A stretch of DNA of 64,000 bases from an uncultured Chloroflexia bacterium (GCA_963706905.1 CAVPNY010000020.1:137859-201858); one strand, 5' to 3'. Positions 49,164-60,435 are shown, counted from the first letter of the stretch. A program made the numbers and translations. The notes: generated by a model not told the origin, from the letters alone.

Positions 49164-51602
49164 ATGGCTGAATTCCCAACGCAGGCTCAAGTAGTTGTCA
49201 TCGGTGGTGGGGTGGGCGGTTGCAGCATTGCTTACCACCTGACGGAAATGGGCTGGAAGGATGTAGTAGTCATCGAGCGCCACGAGCTGACAGCTGGCTC
49301 TACCTGGCATTCTGCTGGATTGGTGGGACAGCTTCGCTCAGACGCGAACCTGACCCGCATGATGTCTTACAGCACTGATCTTTATCGACGCTTGAAAGCC
49401 GAGACTGGCGTCGATACTGGCTGGCGTGAAGTGGGTGGGATTCGCCTGGCCTCCTCTGCTGAGCGGATGGAGGATGTAAAACGGCTGGTGGGCATGGCGC
49501 GCTCTTTTGGAATGCCAATGGAGATGCTCACCCCACAAGAAGCCTACAATATGTTCCCGATGATGTCGTTGGATGGGGTTCAGGGCGCTGCTTATACCCC
49601 CACCGATGGCGTGATCGATCCGACTGGCCTGACCAATGCCCTGGCAGCTGGCGCAAAGATGCGCGGGGCGAAATTCTTGCAAGATACAAATGTTGAGCGG
49701 ATTAACCTGAAAGATGGCGTTGTGCATGAAGTCGTGACTGATAAAGGCACCATCCGCACAGAGATCGTTGTCAACGCGGCTGGGCAATGGGGCGGTGAGG
49801 TTGGCAAGATGGTCGGCCTGTTCTTGCCGGTTGTGCCGATGGCCCACCTGTACATTATTACAAAACCGATCGAAGGTATTGGACACGATTTCCCCACATT
49901 GCGCGACCCAGACTTGCTGGTCTACTGGCGTGAGGAAGTTGGTGGTTTGGTGACGGGAGGATACGAGCGCCATCCAGAGCCGTTTGGTTTAGGAGGCATC
50001 CCTAAGGACTTCAAGTATCAGCTATTAGCTCCTGATTGGGATCGCTTTGCTCCATTGATGGAAAATTCGATCAAGCGCGTTCCAGCCGTTGAGACAGCTG
50101 AGATTATCCAACTGCTCAACGGGCCGGAAGGTTTCACTCCCGACGGTGAGTTCCTGCTTGGCCCAACAGCGGTCAAAGGTTTTTGGGTAGCCTGCGCATT
50201 TTGCGCCCACGGTCTGGCAGGAGCTGGCGGCATCGGTAAGACCATGGCTGAATGGATCATCGATGGGCAGCCTGAATGGGATGTGTGGCGGTTGGATGTG
50301 CGCCGCTTCGGCCCCAATTACGCCAGCCTGGATTATACTGTGACACGCACGGTCGAAACCTACTCCCAATATTATGACATCCACTTCCCCGGCGAGGAGC
50401 GCATGACCCGCCGTAACCAGCGCCTCTCTCCGACGTATTATCGGTTGCGCGAGCTAGGCGCTTCCTTCGGCGAGAAGTTTGGCTGGGAGCGGCCAAACTT
50501 TTTCAAGCCTTACGAAGAGTTAGCTCACCACGGTCACGAACCCATGGGTTGGCCTCACCACAACTGGTCTCGAGCCATCGGCTACGAGCATCTAAAGACA
50601 CGCGATGCGGCAGGCCTGTTCGACGAGACCTCATTTAACAAGTTTGAGGTGCGTGGTCCTGGGGCGCTTAAATTCCTCAATTATGTATGTTCCAACGAGA
50701 TCGATGAGCCGGTGGGTACAGTAGTTTACACCCAATGCTTGAATGCGCGCGGCGGGATTGAGTGTGACTTTACGGTCACCCGCCTAGGGGCAGAGCGCTT
50801 CTTTATCATCACTGGTACAGCCTTCGGTGAGCACGATCGCTCCTGGTTGCGCTTGCATATGCCTGAAGATGGTACGGTCTCCATTGAAGACGTGTCTTCA
50901 TCTTATGCCTGTATCGGGTTGTGGGGACCGAAGGCACGCAAGATCCTGCAAAAGGTCACCCGGGATGACATCTCAAATGAAGCTTTTCCTTACATGACGG
51001 CCAAATCAATCACTGTTGGCGATGTGCCGCTGTTGGCCAGCCGCGTGACCTATGTTGGCGAGCTGGGCTGGGAATTCTATTGCCCGATGGAGTACGGCCT
51101 GCGATTGTGGGATACACTTTGGGAAGCCGGCGCGCCAGAAGGGATGGTTGCGGCAGGCTACAAGGCTCTGGACAGCTTGCGCCTTGAAAAAGCTTACCGC
51201 TATTGGAGCGCTGAAATCAGTCCTGACTACACTCCTTTCGAGGCTGGACTGGGTTTTGCTGTCAAGCTGGATAAGGGTGAATTCATCGGTCGAGAAGCAC
51301 TCCTCAAACAGAAAGAGGCTGGCCTGACGCGTAAATTGTGCTGTCTGAGTCTGGACGACAACCGTACCATCGTGCTGGGTAAAGAACCAATCCGCCTGGT
51401 TGGAACCGATCAAATTATCGGTTGGCTGACCTCCGGCGGTTACGGTTATTCGATCGAGAAAAGCCTGGCTTTCGCCTATCTCCCCATTGAATACGCTAAA
51501 CCTGGCACTGCATTGCAGATCGAGTGGTTTGGCGAGAATGTCGGGGCGATCGTTGAGAAGATGCCGCTATACGATCCGAAGGGGGAGCGGATTAAAGCGT
51601 AG
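49164..51602 (+). CDS. FAD-dependent oxidase fused to a GcvT-type domain (dimethylglycine oxidase-like), copy 2
   Basis: 812 aa. VVVIGGGVGGCSIAYHL. C-terminal LRLEKAYRYW and GLGFAVKLDKGEFIGR. Paralog of 40218..42641. Confidence 0.85.
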   Translation: MAEFPTQAQVVVIGGGVGGCSIAYHLTEMGWKDVVVIERHELTAGSTWHSAGLVGQLRSDANLTRMMSYSTDLYRRLKAETGVDTGWREVGGIRLASSAERMEDVKRLVGMARSFGMPMEMLTPQEAYNMFPMMSLDGVQGAAYTPTDGVIDPTGLTNALAAGAKMRGAKFLQDTNVERINLKDGVVHEVVTDKGTIRTEIVVNAAGQWGGEVGKMVGLFLPVVPMAHLYIITKPIEGIGHDFPTLRDPDLLVYWREEVGGLVTGGYERHPEPFGLGGIPKDFKYQLLAPDWDRFAPLMENSIKRVPAVETAEIIQLLNGPEGFTPDGEFLLGPTAVKGFWVACAFCAHGLAGAGGIGKTMAEWIIDGQPEWDVWRLDVRRFGPNYASLDYTVTRTVETYSQYYDIHFPGEERMTRRNQRLSPTYYRLRELGASFGEKFGWERPNFFKPYEELAHHGHEPMGWPHHNWSRAIGYEHLKTRDAAGLFDETSFNKFEVRGPGALKFLNYVCSNEIDEPVGTVVYTQCLNARGGIECDFTVTRLGAERFFIITGTAFGEHDRSWLRLHMPEDGTVSIEDVSSSYACIGLWGPKARKILQKVTRDDISNEAFPYMTAKSITVGDVPLLASRVTYVGELGWEFYCPMEYGLRLWDTLWEAGAPEGMVAAGYKALDSLRLEKAYRYWSAEISPDYTPFEAGLGFAVKLDKGEFIGREALLKQKEAGLTRKLCCLSLDDNRTIVLGKEPIRLVGTDQIIGWLTSGGYGYSIEKSLAFAYLPIEYAKPGTALQIEWFGENVGAIVEKMPLYDPKGERIKA

Positions 51603-51673
51603 CGAGGAGTGGAATGTAGAAAGTCGCCAGTCTACAGGATACAGTATTCAGAACACGATGAGAGAATAAATCA

Positions 51674-51711
51674 GAGACTTCCGAAGTGTTTAAACAAGCT
51701 TCGGAAGTCTC
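51674..51711 (+). terminator. 13-bp hairpin 3' of the oxidase gene, no T-run
   Basis: GAGACTTCCGAAG (51674-51686) / CTTCGGAAGTCTC (51699-51711). Confidence 0.35.
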
Positions 51712-51818
51712 CATGTGCCTTATAGAAGTCATGTTGATTTCAGGACAAAGCTTACTTGACACTTCCATACACATCGTTGAAACTTGAAAGAATATTCACG
51801 TAGGAGTATACATAAATT

Positions 51819-53813
51819 ATGTACAATGACACCGATCGTTTAGCTGCCACGACTATCCGTATGCTGGCAGCAGACGCTGTGACTCAGGCCAAATCGGGAC
51901 ACCCCGGGTTACCCTTGGGCGCAGCAGATATCACCTTGACGCTGTGGTCGAAGGTGATGAAACACAACCCGTCTGATCCGCTCTGGCCGGACCGGGACCG
52001 CTTCGTGCTTTCAGCCGGACACGGCTCAGCGTTGCTCTACGCTCTGCTGCACCTGTACGGCTACCCCATGCCGCTGGATGAACTCAAACGTTTTCGACAG
52101 TGGGGCAGTATTACTCCCGGCCACCCGGAATATGACCCCGAGCGCGGCGTGGAGACGACAACTGGTCCACTGGGTCAGGGCTTTGGCAACTCGGTGGGCA
52201 TGGCGCTGGCTGAGGGCATCCTGGCTGCTCATTTCAACCGGCCGAACTACCCCCTGGTTGATCACTATACCTTTGTCCTGGCCTCAGACGGGGACCTCAT
52301 GGAAGGGGTTTCGCACGAAGTAGCCTCCTTCGCTGGGCATCTGGGGCTGGCAAAGTTGATCGTGCTCTATGATGACAACCACATCTCAATTGATGGTTCC
52401 ACAGATCTTGCGTATAGTGATAATGTACCTGAGCGCTTTACGGCATATGGCTGGCATGTCCAGGCGGTGGATGGGCACGATCTGGAGGCGATCGATGCTG
52501 CAGTGCGGGCAGCCCAGGCTGAAAACGAACGCCCCTCGCTGATTGCTTGCCGCACACATATTGGCTATAAGAGCCCCAAGCAAGACTCTGCTAAGGTTCA
52601 TGGTTCTCCCCTCAATGAGGAAGAATTACAGAAGACTAAAGAAGCCTACGGCTGGGATCCAGACGCCAAATTCTACATCCCTGAAGAGGTTAAAGGATAC
52701 TTCCAAAAAGTAAAGCAGGCAGGAGCGGATAAGCAGGCCGTGTGGGAAAAACTCCTGGCAGGCTACCGATCGGAATATCCTGACCTGGCTAAAGAATGGG
52801 AAATTTATGTCAAAGGAGAGTTGCCGCTGGGTTGGGAGCAGGCTCTGCCGGAGATGCCGGCCGAGAAGCCACCTGCGACCCGTGTGGCATCTGGCAAAGT
52901 GCTGGATGCCATCGCAGCGCACTTGCCTACCCTGGTGGGAGGCTCCGCTGACCTGACCCCGAGCAACAATACCCTGCCCAAGGATGGCAAAGTTATCCGT
53001 CGTGGCGATTACGGTGGGCAGTACATCCATTTTGGGGTGCGTGAGCATGGCATGGGCTCGATCATGAATGGATTAGCGCTGCACGGATTACGTCCCTACG
53101 GCGGCACGTTCTTGATCTTCTCCGATTATATGCGCCCGACGATCCGCCTGGCTGCGATGATGGGTTTGCCGGTGGTATATGTCTTCACTCACGACAGCAT
53201 CGGGTTAGGCGAAGATGGTCCGACACACCAGCCGGTGGAGCATCTGACTGCCCTGCGGGCGATCCCCAACCTGGCGGTTGTACGCCCGGCGGATGGAAAT
53301 GAAACGATCACGGCCTGGAAGCTGGCTCTGCAGCGCAAACGGGCTCCCACCGCGCTGATCCTCACTCGCCAGGACTTGCCATTGGTCACACCGGTTGACG
53401 ATAGCCTGCTGCGTGGGGGATACGTTCTTGAGGATGCTGAGAACGGCAGCCCGGATGTAACGTTGATCGGCACTGGCTCCGAGGTGAGCATTGCGCTCAA
53501 GGCACGGGAATTGCTGGCAGCCGAAGGGATCCATGCTCGGGTGGTTTCGCTGCCCTGCTGGGAGCTATTTGACGCCCAGCCTGAAGCATACCAGCAGAGT
53601 GTATTGCTGCCGGGGGTGCCGCGTGTGGCGGTTGAAGCCGGCGTCAGCCTGGCCTGGGCGCATTATCTGGAAGGCGACAATGGGTCGGTAGTCGGGTTGA
53701 ACCGCTTCGGTGCTTCAGCGCCTTATAAGACGCTGTATACCGAGTTCGGCCTGACCCCAGAACACGTAGCGGAGAAGGCCAGGAAGCTCGTCGCGATGGA
53801 AAAGGTGGGTTAA
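51819..53813 (+). CDS. tkt: transketolase
   Basis: 664 aa. SGHPG, GPLGQG and [20 protein letters not shown] motifs. Confidence 0.95.
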   Translation: MYNDTDRLAATTIRMLAADAVTQAKSGHPGLPLGAADITLTLWSKVMKHNPSDPLWPDRDRFVLSAGHGSALLYALLHLYGYPMPLDELKRFRQWGSITPGHPEYDPERGVETTTGPLGQGFGNSVGMALAEGILAAHFNRPNYPLVDHYTFVLASDGDLMEGVSHEVASFAGHLGLAKLIVLYDDNHISIDGSTDLAYSDNVPERFTAYGWHVQAVDGHDLEAIDAAVRAAQAENERPSLIACRTHIGYKSPKQDSAKVHGSPLNEEELQKTKEAYGWDPDAKFYIPEEVKGYFQKVKQAGADKQAVWEKLLAGYRSEYPDLAKEWEIYVKGELPLGWEQALPEMPAEKPPATRVASGKVLDAIAAHLPTLVGGSADLTPSNNTLPKDGKVIRRGDYGGQYIHFGVREHGMGSIMNGLALHGLRPYGGTFLIFSDYMRPTIRLAAMMGLPVVYVFTHDSIGLGEDGPTHQPVEHLTALRAIPNLAVVRPADGNETITAWKLALQRKRAPTALILTRQDLPLVTPVDDSLLRGGYVLEDAENGSPDVTLIGTGSEVSIALKARELLAAEGIHARVVSLPCWELFDAQPEAYQQSVLLPGVPRVAVEAGVSLAWAHYLEGDNGSVVGLNRFGASAPYKTLYTEFGLTPEHVAEKARKLVAMEKVG

Positions 53814-53929
53814 TTCTATCTATTGAAACCATATTGGTCACAGGGATATTTAATAAGCTCTACCACTTATGACCTGCAGACCTGACAACACACACACATA
53901 TATATACACATTAAGGAAAGGAAATTGTC

Positions 53930-55042
53930 ATGAAGAAGTCGATTGAAGAGTTCTATACTCCCTGGGTCAAGGGGATTCCGATGTACATTTCGAATCACAT
54001 CGAGCTGGCCTGGCAGCAGCCTGAGCTACACCGCTTGATGTCTAACGAAAACCCCAACCCGCCTTCCCCGAAGGTGATGGAAGCTATTGTCAAGTATGCT
54101 CAACTGGGCAACCGCTACATGGACCAGGGTCTGCTGGTGCGCAGTAAAATTGCTGAGCTCAATGGATTGGATGGTCCTGAGAATGTGATGGTTGGCAATG
54201 GCTCTAGCGAAGTGTTTGATAACATCTTCCGCTCCTTCCTGCAGCCTGGCGATGAAGTCATCCAGCATACGCCGTGCTTCGGAATCTACAAGCTACGCTG
54301 CAATATCCTGGGCGGCAAGCTGGTCTCCGTGCCGATGGTATACAAGGATAAGCAGATCCTTTATGATCCGGGTTCGATCATGGAAGCGATCACCGAGAAG
54401 ACCAAGATTATCGTGGTCGCTAACCCTAACAACCCGACAGGCAACTTCATGGACCCACAGCATTTCATCACGATCGCTGAAACAGGCGTCCCCTTTATCG
54501 TGGATGAAGCCTATGTCGAGTACGCTGGGCTGGGCAAGTCACTGGTCGGTTTGACCAAGAAGTTCAAGAACGTGATGGTCACACGCACACTGTCCAAGGC
54601 TTACGGGCTGGCAGGCCTGCGCTTCGGCTATGCTATGGGCGACAAGGATGTGATCGGGCAGATTTCTGGGGCGCTGATCCCGTGGAACGTCAGCACCATC
54701 GGAATGTGGGCAGCATTGGCGGCCTTCGAGGATCAGGAAGCGCTCCAATACCGGGTTGATTTCAACAATAAAGCCCTGGCATACTTCGAAAAAGAACTGG
54801 GCAACCTGCCTGGATTAGACCTATTCAAGTCGTATGCCAACTATATATTATTTGATGCGGGCGGCGCGGGTAAGCGTGGCAAGGATATGCTCGATTTCGC
54901 TCTCCAGCGCGGTATGATTTTCCGCGGCGAGACCGAGAAGTACGGTTCTGACGGCTGGTTCCGCATCACTGTCGGATCTGATGAAGAAAATAAGATGGCA
55001 GTGCAGGCTGTGAAAGATTTCCTGGCTGGCAAGCCGGCGTAA
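53930..55042 (+). CDS. class-II PLP aminotransferase (histidinol-phosphate aminotransferase family)
   Basis: SNENP, NPNNPTG, DEAY and TLSKAYGLAGLRFGY (PLP-Lys) motifs. 370 aa. Confidence 0.8.
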   Translation: MKKSIEEFYTPWVKGIPMYISNHIELAWQQPELHRLMSNENPNPPSPKVMEAIVKYAQLGNRYMDQGLLVRSKIAELNGLDGPENVMVGNGSSEVFDNIFRSFLQPGDEVIQHTPCFGIYKLRCNILGGKLVSVPMVYKDKQILYDPGSIMEAITEKTKIIVVANPNNPTGNFMDPQHFITIAETGVPFIVDEAYVEYAGLGKSLVGLTKKFKNVMVTRTLSKAYGLAGLRFGYAMGDKDVIGQISGALIPWNVSTIGMWAALAAFEDQEALQYRVDFNNKALAYFEKELGNLPGLDLFKSYANYILFDAGGAGKRGKDMLDFALQRGMIFRGETEKYGSDGWFRITVGSDEENKMAVQAVKDFLAGKPA

Positions 55043-55073
55043 GGGATCCACGAAGTTCACAGAGGAGATTACC

Positions 55074-55111
55074 AAAACCTCCGAGTTCTGCCAGAACTCG
55101 GAGGTTTTTTC
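55074..55111 (+). terminator. rho-independent terminator
   Basis: AAAACCTCCGAGTT / AACTCGGAGGTTTT stem followed by TTTTCT. It lies 31 nt after the stop at 55042. Confidence 0.75.
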
Positions 55112-55155
55112 TGATCAATATGCAAGCAGGCTGGTTTCCAAGGTAAAATGGCAGC

Positions 55156-55812
55156 ATGCTTACTGAAGATTACGTCATGCGCATGCTCAATCAGGCGCTC
55201 GCTGTGCTGCTTAAGATCGCTGGATTTAAGCAGGCCGGGCAATACAAACAAGCCCAGCAGGCCATTGATCAGGAATTGGAGGAATTGCTGGGTCTGAAAG
55301 CTGACCTGGTTTGGCGGTTGGACGATGAGGCTATGTTGAGGGCGCTTACCATAAACGATCAATTGGATGTGGTGCGCCTGGAGATCATCTCAGATTTGTT
55401 TCGTGAACAAGGGGAGATCAACGCGGCCCAGGGAAGGGTAAATGAGAGTCGCGAGAGCTTCCGCCGGGCGCTGATGGGTTATCTGGAGGTTGGACTGGCC
55501 AGTGAGTCAAATGAGAATAATATCCCGTTAAATCAGAAGATAGATGGGTTATTGCAAACTCTAGGGCAAACAAATCTTTCTGAAGATACCTTGTGGGCAT
55601 TGTTTTGCTATGCTGACCAGAGTGGTGACTTTGACGAGGCTGAGCGAGCGCTGGCCGATTTGGCTGCGCGGCCGGGAGTTATCGCCGACTTGCGGCCAGA
55701 GATCATAGCTTTTTATGAGCGTCTTTTAGCTCTGCCGCCAGATGAGTTGAGTCACCGTGGTCTCGATCGCGTCCAGTTTGAGCAGAAATTAGCCCACATT
55801 ACGGATGCGTAA
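55156..55812 (+). CDS. hypothetical helical protein
   Basis: 218-aa ORF, predicted all-helical. No catalytic motifs recognised. Confidence 0.5.
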   Translation: MLTEDYVMRMLNQALAVLLKIAGFKQAGQYKQAQQAIDQELEELLGLKADLVWRLDDEAMLRALTINDQLDVVRLEIISDLFREQGEINAAQGRVNESRESFRRALMGYLEVGLASESNENNIPLNQKIDGLLQTLGQTNLSEDTLWALFCYADQSGDFDEAERALADLAARPGVIADLRPEIIAFYERLLALPPDELSHRGLDRVQFEQKLAHITDA

Positions 55813-55986
55813 GAGGGATGAAGCACAAATCTGTATTATACAGTCTGGTATTTCGTATAGACGTATGGATGAATCCAAATAAAGGGGAACTTTCTGTTTG
55901 AGCCCGTGGAGATATTGATGCCTCCGGCTCGTGTAACCTTTCAAAGGATTTCACATCAAATCAATAAAACGTGAAAAGGCACCGAC

Positions 55987-56472
55987 ATGAAAAACATGAT
56001 TCTATCTTTCTCTTCGAACTATTCTCGATTGGGTAATCCCAATTATCATAGGCTTACTCTATTAGCTTTACTTTTAATCAGTCTTCTGATGGCTGGTTGT
56101 TCCTCCGCACCAGATATTGAAACCATGCCGGCGCCAGCGGAGACTTTGCCAGTCAATGCCTGGCAGCAAATAAGCGTTGAGCAGGCAGCAGCCCGCTATG
56201 AGGCTGGCGCTTTCATGCTGGATGTGCGCCAACCGGAGGAGTGGGAAGAGGTGCACATCCCCGGCGCCACACTGATCCCACTCGGCGAGTTACCTCAGCG
56301 CCTGGGTGAATTGCCTCAAGATCAAGAGATCGTTGTATACTGTCGTTCAGGTAATCGCAGCCAGTCAGGAGCGGAGATCCTGGCCAAGAACGGCTTTAGC
56401 GGAGTGACTTCGATGGCGGGCGGGATTCAAGAATGGGGCACAGCAGGTTATCCGACGGAAACTGGTAAGTGA
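55987..56472 (+). CDS. rhodanese-domain lipoprotein
   Basis: Lipobox LLMAGCSS. Rhodanese active-site loop VVYCRSGNRS. Confidence 0.8.
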   Translation: MKNMILSFSSNYSRLGNPNYHRLTLLALLLISLLMAGCSSAPDIETMPAPAETLPVNAWQQISVEQAAARYEAGAFMLDVRQPEEWEEVHIPGATLIPLGELPQRLGELPQDQEIVVYCRSGNRSQSGAEILAKNGFSGVTSMAGGIQEWGTAGYPTETGK

Positions 56473-56682
56473 GGCGCCATCGCCTGTAAGACCTCCCGTA
56501 GTGTCTATCCCGAAAGAAGGAAGGATGGAGCCCTGCGGGAGGTTTTGATTCTCTTGAAATTCATTTTTATTGTGGGGGGTCTTGTTTTGGAGGGTAAATT
56601 CCTATATACTCATATTGGCAAAATCTATATTGACCAGCTGTAAAGTTGCGCTGATAAATGGACACCTGCTGGAGGAAAGATC

Positions 56683-57702
56683 ATGAGCTGGACTGATCAA
56701 TTGAATGACGACCCGCTGTCCTGGCTGTTGGAAGTAGAGAACCCGGGGGTAAGCTACCTGGCGCTGCGCGACTTGTGCGACCTGGATGAGGATGACCCCA
56801 AGCTGCTAAATGCTCGGGAGCGAGCACACCGGGAGGGACCGATCGCCTCTATCCTGGTGGCGATGGAGCCAGAAGGATGCTGGGTTAAATCTGGGGCAGG
56901 GTATTATCCCAAGTACCGGGGCACGGTCTGGTCATTAATTGCTTTGGCGCAATTGGGAGGCTCGGTCGCCTGCGATGAGCGCATCCAGCGGGCTTGCGAT
57001 TACCTGCTCGATCACAGCCTGGCTCCAGACGGGCAGTTTACAACGAACGGAGCGCCGTCCGGCACGGCTGATTGCCTGCAGGGCAACCTTTGTGCCGCAT
57101 TGAGTGACCTGGGGATCGATGATCCCCGCTTGGAAACGGCTTATGGGTGGATGGCACGCAGTGTGACGGGTGAAGGCATAGCGCCGATGGAGGAGAAAAG
57201 TGCTCCAGTACGCTATTATGCCGGTAAGTGCGGTCCATTGTTTGCCTGCGGCTCGAATAACAAGTTGTCTTGCGCCTGGGGGGGTGTCAAAGTGATGCTG
57301 GCATTCAGCAAGATGCCGATGAATTACTGCACGCCTCTGGTTGGGGACGCCATCAAACAGGGCGTTGACTTTTTCTTGGGTGTCGATCCGGCCACGGCGG
57401 GCTATCCCAACGGTTGGAGCGACAAACCCAGCGGTAACTGGTGGAAATTTGGCTTTCCGGTATTCTACGTCACCGACCTGCTTCAGCTGGTCGAAGCCAT
57501 GGTTCGGTTGGGTTATGGTAATGATGCGCGTCTGATGATTGCCTTACAGCTCATTCTCAGTAAGCAGGATGCCAGCGGGCGCTGGGCGTTGGAGTACGAC
57601 TATAGTGGCAAAACCTGGGTCGATTTTGGGGTTAAGAAACAGCCGAATAAATGGGTGACTTACCGCGTATTGCAGGTGTTGCGCACTGTAGCTGTTTTAT
57701 AG
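56683..57702 (+). CDS. alpha/alpha-toroid protein (prenyltransferase / squalene-oxidase-repeat-like)
   Basis: 339 aa. SD GGAGG. Repeated W/G-rich helical hairpin segments. The family assignment is tentative. Confidence 0.4.
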   Translation: MSWTDQLNDDPLSWLLEVENPGVSYLALRDLCDLDEDDPKLLNARERAHREGPIASILVAMEPEGCWVKSGAGYYPKYRGTVWSLIALAQLGGSVACDERIQRACDYLLDHSLAPDGQFTTNGAPSGTADCLQGNLCAALSDLGIDDPRLETAYGWMARSVTGEGIAPMEEKSAPVRYYAGKCGPLFACGSNNKLSCAWGGVKVMLAFSKMPMNYCTPLVGDAIKQGVDFFLGVDPATAGYPNGWSDKPSGNWWKFGFPVFYVTDLLQLVEAMVRLGYGNDARLMIALQLILSKQDASGRWALEYDYSGKTWVDFGVKKQPNKWVTYRVLQVLRTVAVL

Positions 57703-57710
57703 AGAAGTAA

Positions 57711-58712
57711 ATGCGATCCTATCTTTTGCTCAAGTTTATTCTTGTACTGTTGATCTTTGCCGGTTTCTTTCCCACTCACCGGGTATCGGCGCAGGAAAGT
57801 GCCCGATCTGAATTGATTAACCTGATCAACGGGCTTCGAGCGAGCTATGGGCTGGCCCCCTATACTGTAGATCCGGGTTTAATGGCCATGGCTCAAGAAC
57901 ATTCAGCTTACCAGGCATCCATTCATACCAGTACCCATCAGCACAGTGACGGTAGCGATCCACCTGATCTCGGTGTGGTGGAAAATGTAGCTGGCGGCGA
58001 CATCGGTTTCTTGGATCCTCAGATTGCTGTATACCAGATCTGGGTCGACGCGGTGCATATGAAGACTATGACTGGTTATGAGGCTGGATCGATGGGAGTA
58101 GGGGTTGCCGATGATGGGGAAACGGTTTATTACACCCTGGAGGTCCGCCCATCGGACAGCGCTGCGACAGCCAGCGATCCGTCCGGAACTGAGTTAACCC
58201 AGAATCCATCAACCCCCATGCCTCTAGTCCCTTTGGCTACGGTGACCCCTAATTCTGACGGGGCGACCTTTCATGTGGTTGGATATGGGCAGACGCTGTG
58301 GGCTATTGCCCTCGCTTACGGTGTCAGGATCGAACAAATCCGGGCCTGGAACAATATTCCCGAAGACTCGAGCGATATCTATGCCGGTCAAAGGTTGCTT
58401 GTACTCCTGCCCGGCATGACTCCGGTCACCCCAACGATCAAACCCGGGACAGTGCAAAAAGATAGTGCTACGGTGCTCACGTTGCTCAATCTGGTCGAAA
58501 GTACGAGCACACTATCGCCGACAGCCATTCCTACCTCTCCTGCTCCGCCAGCTTTGTATCCTTCTGGTGTGCAAATACATGAGGAAATTCCCTCAGTGAC
58601 TGATTCAGCCTCGACAGTATCAGGATCACAGGGCTTACTGATCGCCGGGGTGAGCATTCTGGTCGGATTTCTTCTATTGATCATCCTGCTTATAACGAAA
58701 AAACCAGCCTGA
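57711..58712 (+). CDS. secreted CAP/SCP-domain plus LysM-domain protein with a C-terminal TM anchor
   Basis: Signal peptide. CAP-like LINGLRASYGLAPYTVDPGLMAMAQEHSAY. LysM segment FHVVGYGQTLWAIALAYGVRIEQIRAWNNI..IYAGQRL. C-terminal hydrophobic helix. Confidence 0.65.
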   Translation: MRSYLLLKFILVLLIFAGFFPTHRVSAQESARSELINLINGLRASYGLAPYTVDPGLMAMAQEHSAYQASIHTSTHQHSDGSDPPDLGVVENVAGGDIGFLDPQIAVYQIWVDAVHMKTMTGYEAGSMGVGVADDGETVYYTLEVRPSDSAATASDPSGTELTQNPSTPMPLVPLATVTPNSDGATFHVVGYGQTLWAIALAYGVRIEQIRAWNNIPEDSSDIYAGQRLLVLLPGMTPVTPTIKPGTVQKDSATVLTLLNLVESTSTLSPTAIPTSPAPPALYPSGVQIHEEIPSVTDSASTVSGSQGLLIAGVSILVGFLLLIILLITKKPA

Positions 58713-58761
58713 TGCACCATTTGACGGTTGGGATCACTGTGATTATCTTGGAGGCTTCTGG

Positions 58762-59529
58762 ATGAATACTCGTAAGCAGCTCGCTTTATTGGCAGTATTG
58801 GTACTCGTCTATGCTTTCCTGGCCTTTTTGACGGTGGTTTTTTTCCAGGGAGCACAGCAAGCCGGGGTGCAATCACAGGTTCCCGCTGTGACGTCAGATC
58901 TACCGGTCTGGCTCCTCGGACTGGCGAGCGGTGGGATTATTCTGGTAGTGTACGGTCTGCTTGGGCTGGTAGGATTTTGGTTTGCCCGCAAGTTGGGACT
59001 GCCAGGGGTTTATAAGGAAGGGGCTGGCTGGGGAGAATGGGTGTGGATTCCACTATTGGTCGGTCTGGTGCTGGGAGTTCTCATGGTTGTCATCGACCGC
59101 TTGTTCGCATTGGGAGCAGGTTGGGATGGATTTACACACCCAAGCTTCCCGTTCTCCATCATAGCCTCGGCAACGGCGGGAATCGGAGAGGAGATCTTGT
59201 TCCGCGGCTTTGTGCTGGGGTTGTGGGCTTTCCTGATCAATCTGATCTTGCGCCGTTGGGGAAAAACCAACCTGGCATTATGGATCGGTAATGGTATCGC
59301 TGCGCTGGCTTTTTCCGCCGCTCACCTGCCAGCACTGATGTTCTTATATGGCGACACGTCCATCTCGGCCATACCACCTCTGGTGTTGGGTGAGCTTTTC
59401 TTGTTGAATGGATTACTTGGTCTGGTAGCCGGCGAGCGAATGTTCCGCGCTGGTCTAATCGCGGCTATAGGAGTTCACTTCTGGGCAGATATCGTTTGGC
59501 ACATGATCTGGCCGCTGTTGACGGGATGA
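58762..59529 (+). CDS. CPBP-family (CAAX/Abi) intramembrane glutamic protease
   Basis: GIGEEILFRGFVLG, FSAAHLP and GVHFWADIVW motifs. SD GGAGG. Confidence 0.75.
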   Translation: MNTRKQLALLAVLVLVYAFLAFLTVVFFQGAQQAGVQSQVPAVTSDLPVWLLGLASGGIILVVYGLLGLVGFWFARKLGLPGVYKEGAGWGEWVWIPLLVGLVLGVLMVVIDRLFALGAGWDGFTHPSFPFSIIASATAGIGEEILFRGFVLGLWAFLINLILRRWGKTNLALWIGNGIAALAFSAAHLPALMFLYGDTSISAIPPLVLGELFLLNGLLGLVAGERMFRAGLIAAIGVHFWADIVWHMIWPLLTG

Positions 59530-59646
59530 TTTCCGGTTCCTTTTAGGGAAGAACCGTGGGATTTGAAACCAGGAATTTGCCTCACAAATCTTTCTCGATC
59601 ATAATCATCAAAACATAATCGCACACAATCAGAAGGAGCGCTTGAA

Positions 59647-60143
59647 ATGTCTGCAAAAAGTATCGAGTTACTCAATAAAGCCATTGCTGATGAAATCTCA
59701 GCGGTACATCAATACATGTTCTTCCATTTCCATTGTGATGATCAGGGATATGATCTGTTGGCAATCCTTTTAAGAAGACTTCGATCGAAGAGATGGGGCA
59801 CATCGAGCGCTGTGCAGAAAGAATCTTGTTCCTGGGCGGCGAAGTGGAAATGGTATCTGCCATGGAGGTAAAAAAGATCCATGACGTGAGTGAGATGCTC
59901 AAAATGGCCAGGAAAATGGAAAAAGACAGCGCCAAGGACTACAATATTTGGGCAAATGAGTGTGCCGCAAATGCCGATTCAGCTTCGAAGAAGGTTTTTG
60001 AATCCCTTGTTGACGATGAGGAACGGCACTTCGATCAATATGATACCGAGCTGGCAAATATTGAAAAATTTGGCGAGCGCTACCTGGCTTTACAATCTAT
60101 TGAACGCAGCAAATCCATGGCTGGTGGGGTTGTGGCTGACTAA
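59647..60143 (+). CDS. bacterioferritin-like ferritin-fold protein split by a homopolymer frameshift
   Basis: ORF 59647.. (MSAKSIELLNKAIADEISAVHQYMFFHFHCDDQGYDLLAI) joins ORF 59793..60143 if the T4 run at 59768-59771 is read as T5. That gives ..LLAILFKKTSIEEMGHIERCAERILFLGG... Confidence 0.75.
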
Positions 60144-60177
60144 TCATAGGTCTGCATAAGTTAGAAATCTTATCGGA

Positions 60178-60211
60178 AGATCGCCAGTCAGGCTGGCGAT
60201 CTTTTTATTTT
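60178..60211 (+). terminator. rho-independent terminator
   Basis: AGATCGCCAG / CTGGCGATCT stem with a 5-nt loop, followed by TTTTTATTTT. Confidence 0.8.
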
Positions 60212-60435
60212 AAGTGAATTCGGGAGAAGGTGCTTGCACTTTATTGGTCGCGCAAAATGATAAATGAGATTGCTTCGCTTTGCCAGAAAAGGTCAATCAA
60301 GATAGGGAGATTTGTTAGTTATTTCACAGATTTGTAAGAAACATAACATCTATAAACTAGGTGCGTTAATATTCTAAGCGCGGGCTTAGTGTCATTCGTA
60401 AGGCAGCTTGCCATTTATTCTGGAGGGGTATAATT

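Noticed and set aside
28019-51660. Shared A/G/T-rich k-mers (GAAAGTAGTC, TTAGAAGTT, AGAAGTTG, ACAGTATTCAG) in several 3' intergenic regions (about 28027, 36190, 42770, 48930, 51630)
   Set aside because: Matches of 8-10 nt are expected by chance many times in 64 kb, particularly in AT-biased intergenic DNA. I could not establish a longer common element by eye.
13874-55108. Possible family of related hairpins built on CCTCGGAAGT / CTTCCGAAG / CCTCCGAG stems (13874-13920, 51674-51711, 55074-55108)
   Set aside because: They share only about 6-8 nt of GC-rich stem sequence and otherwise look like ordinary independent terminators. That is not enough evidence for a repeat family.
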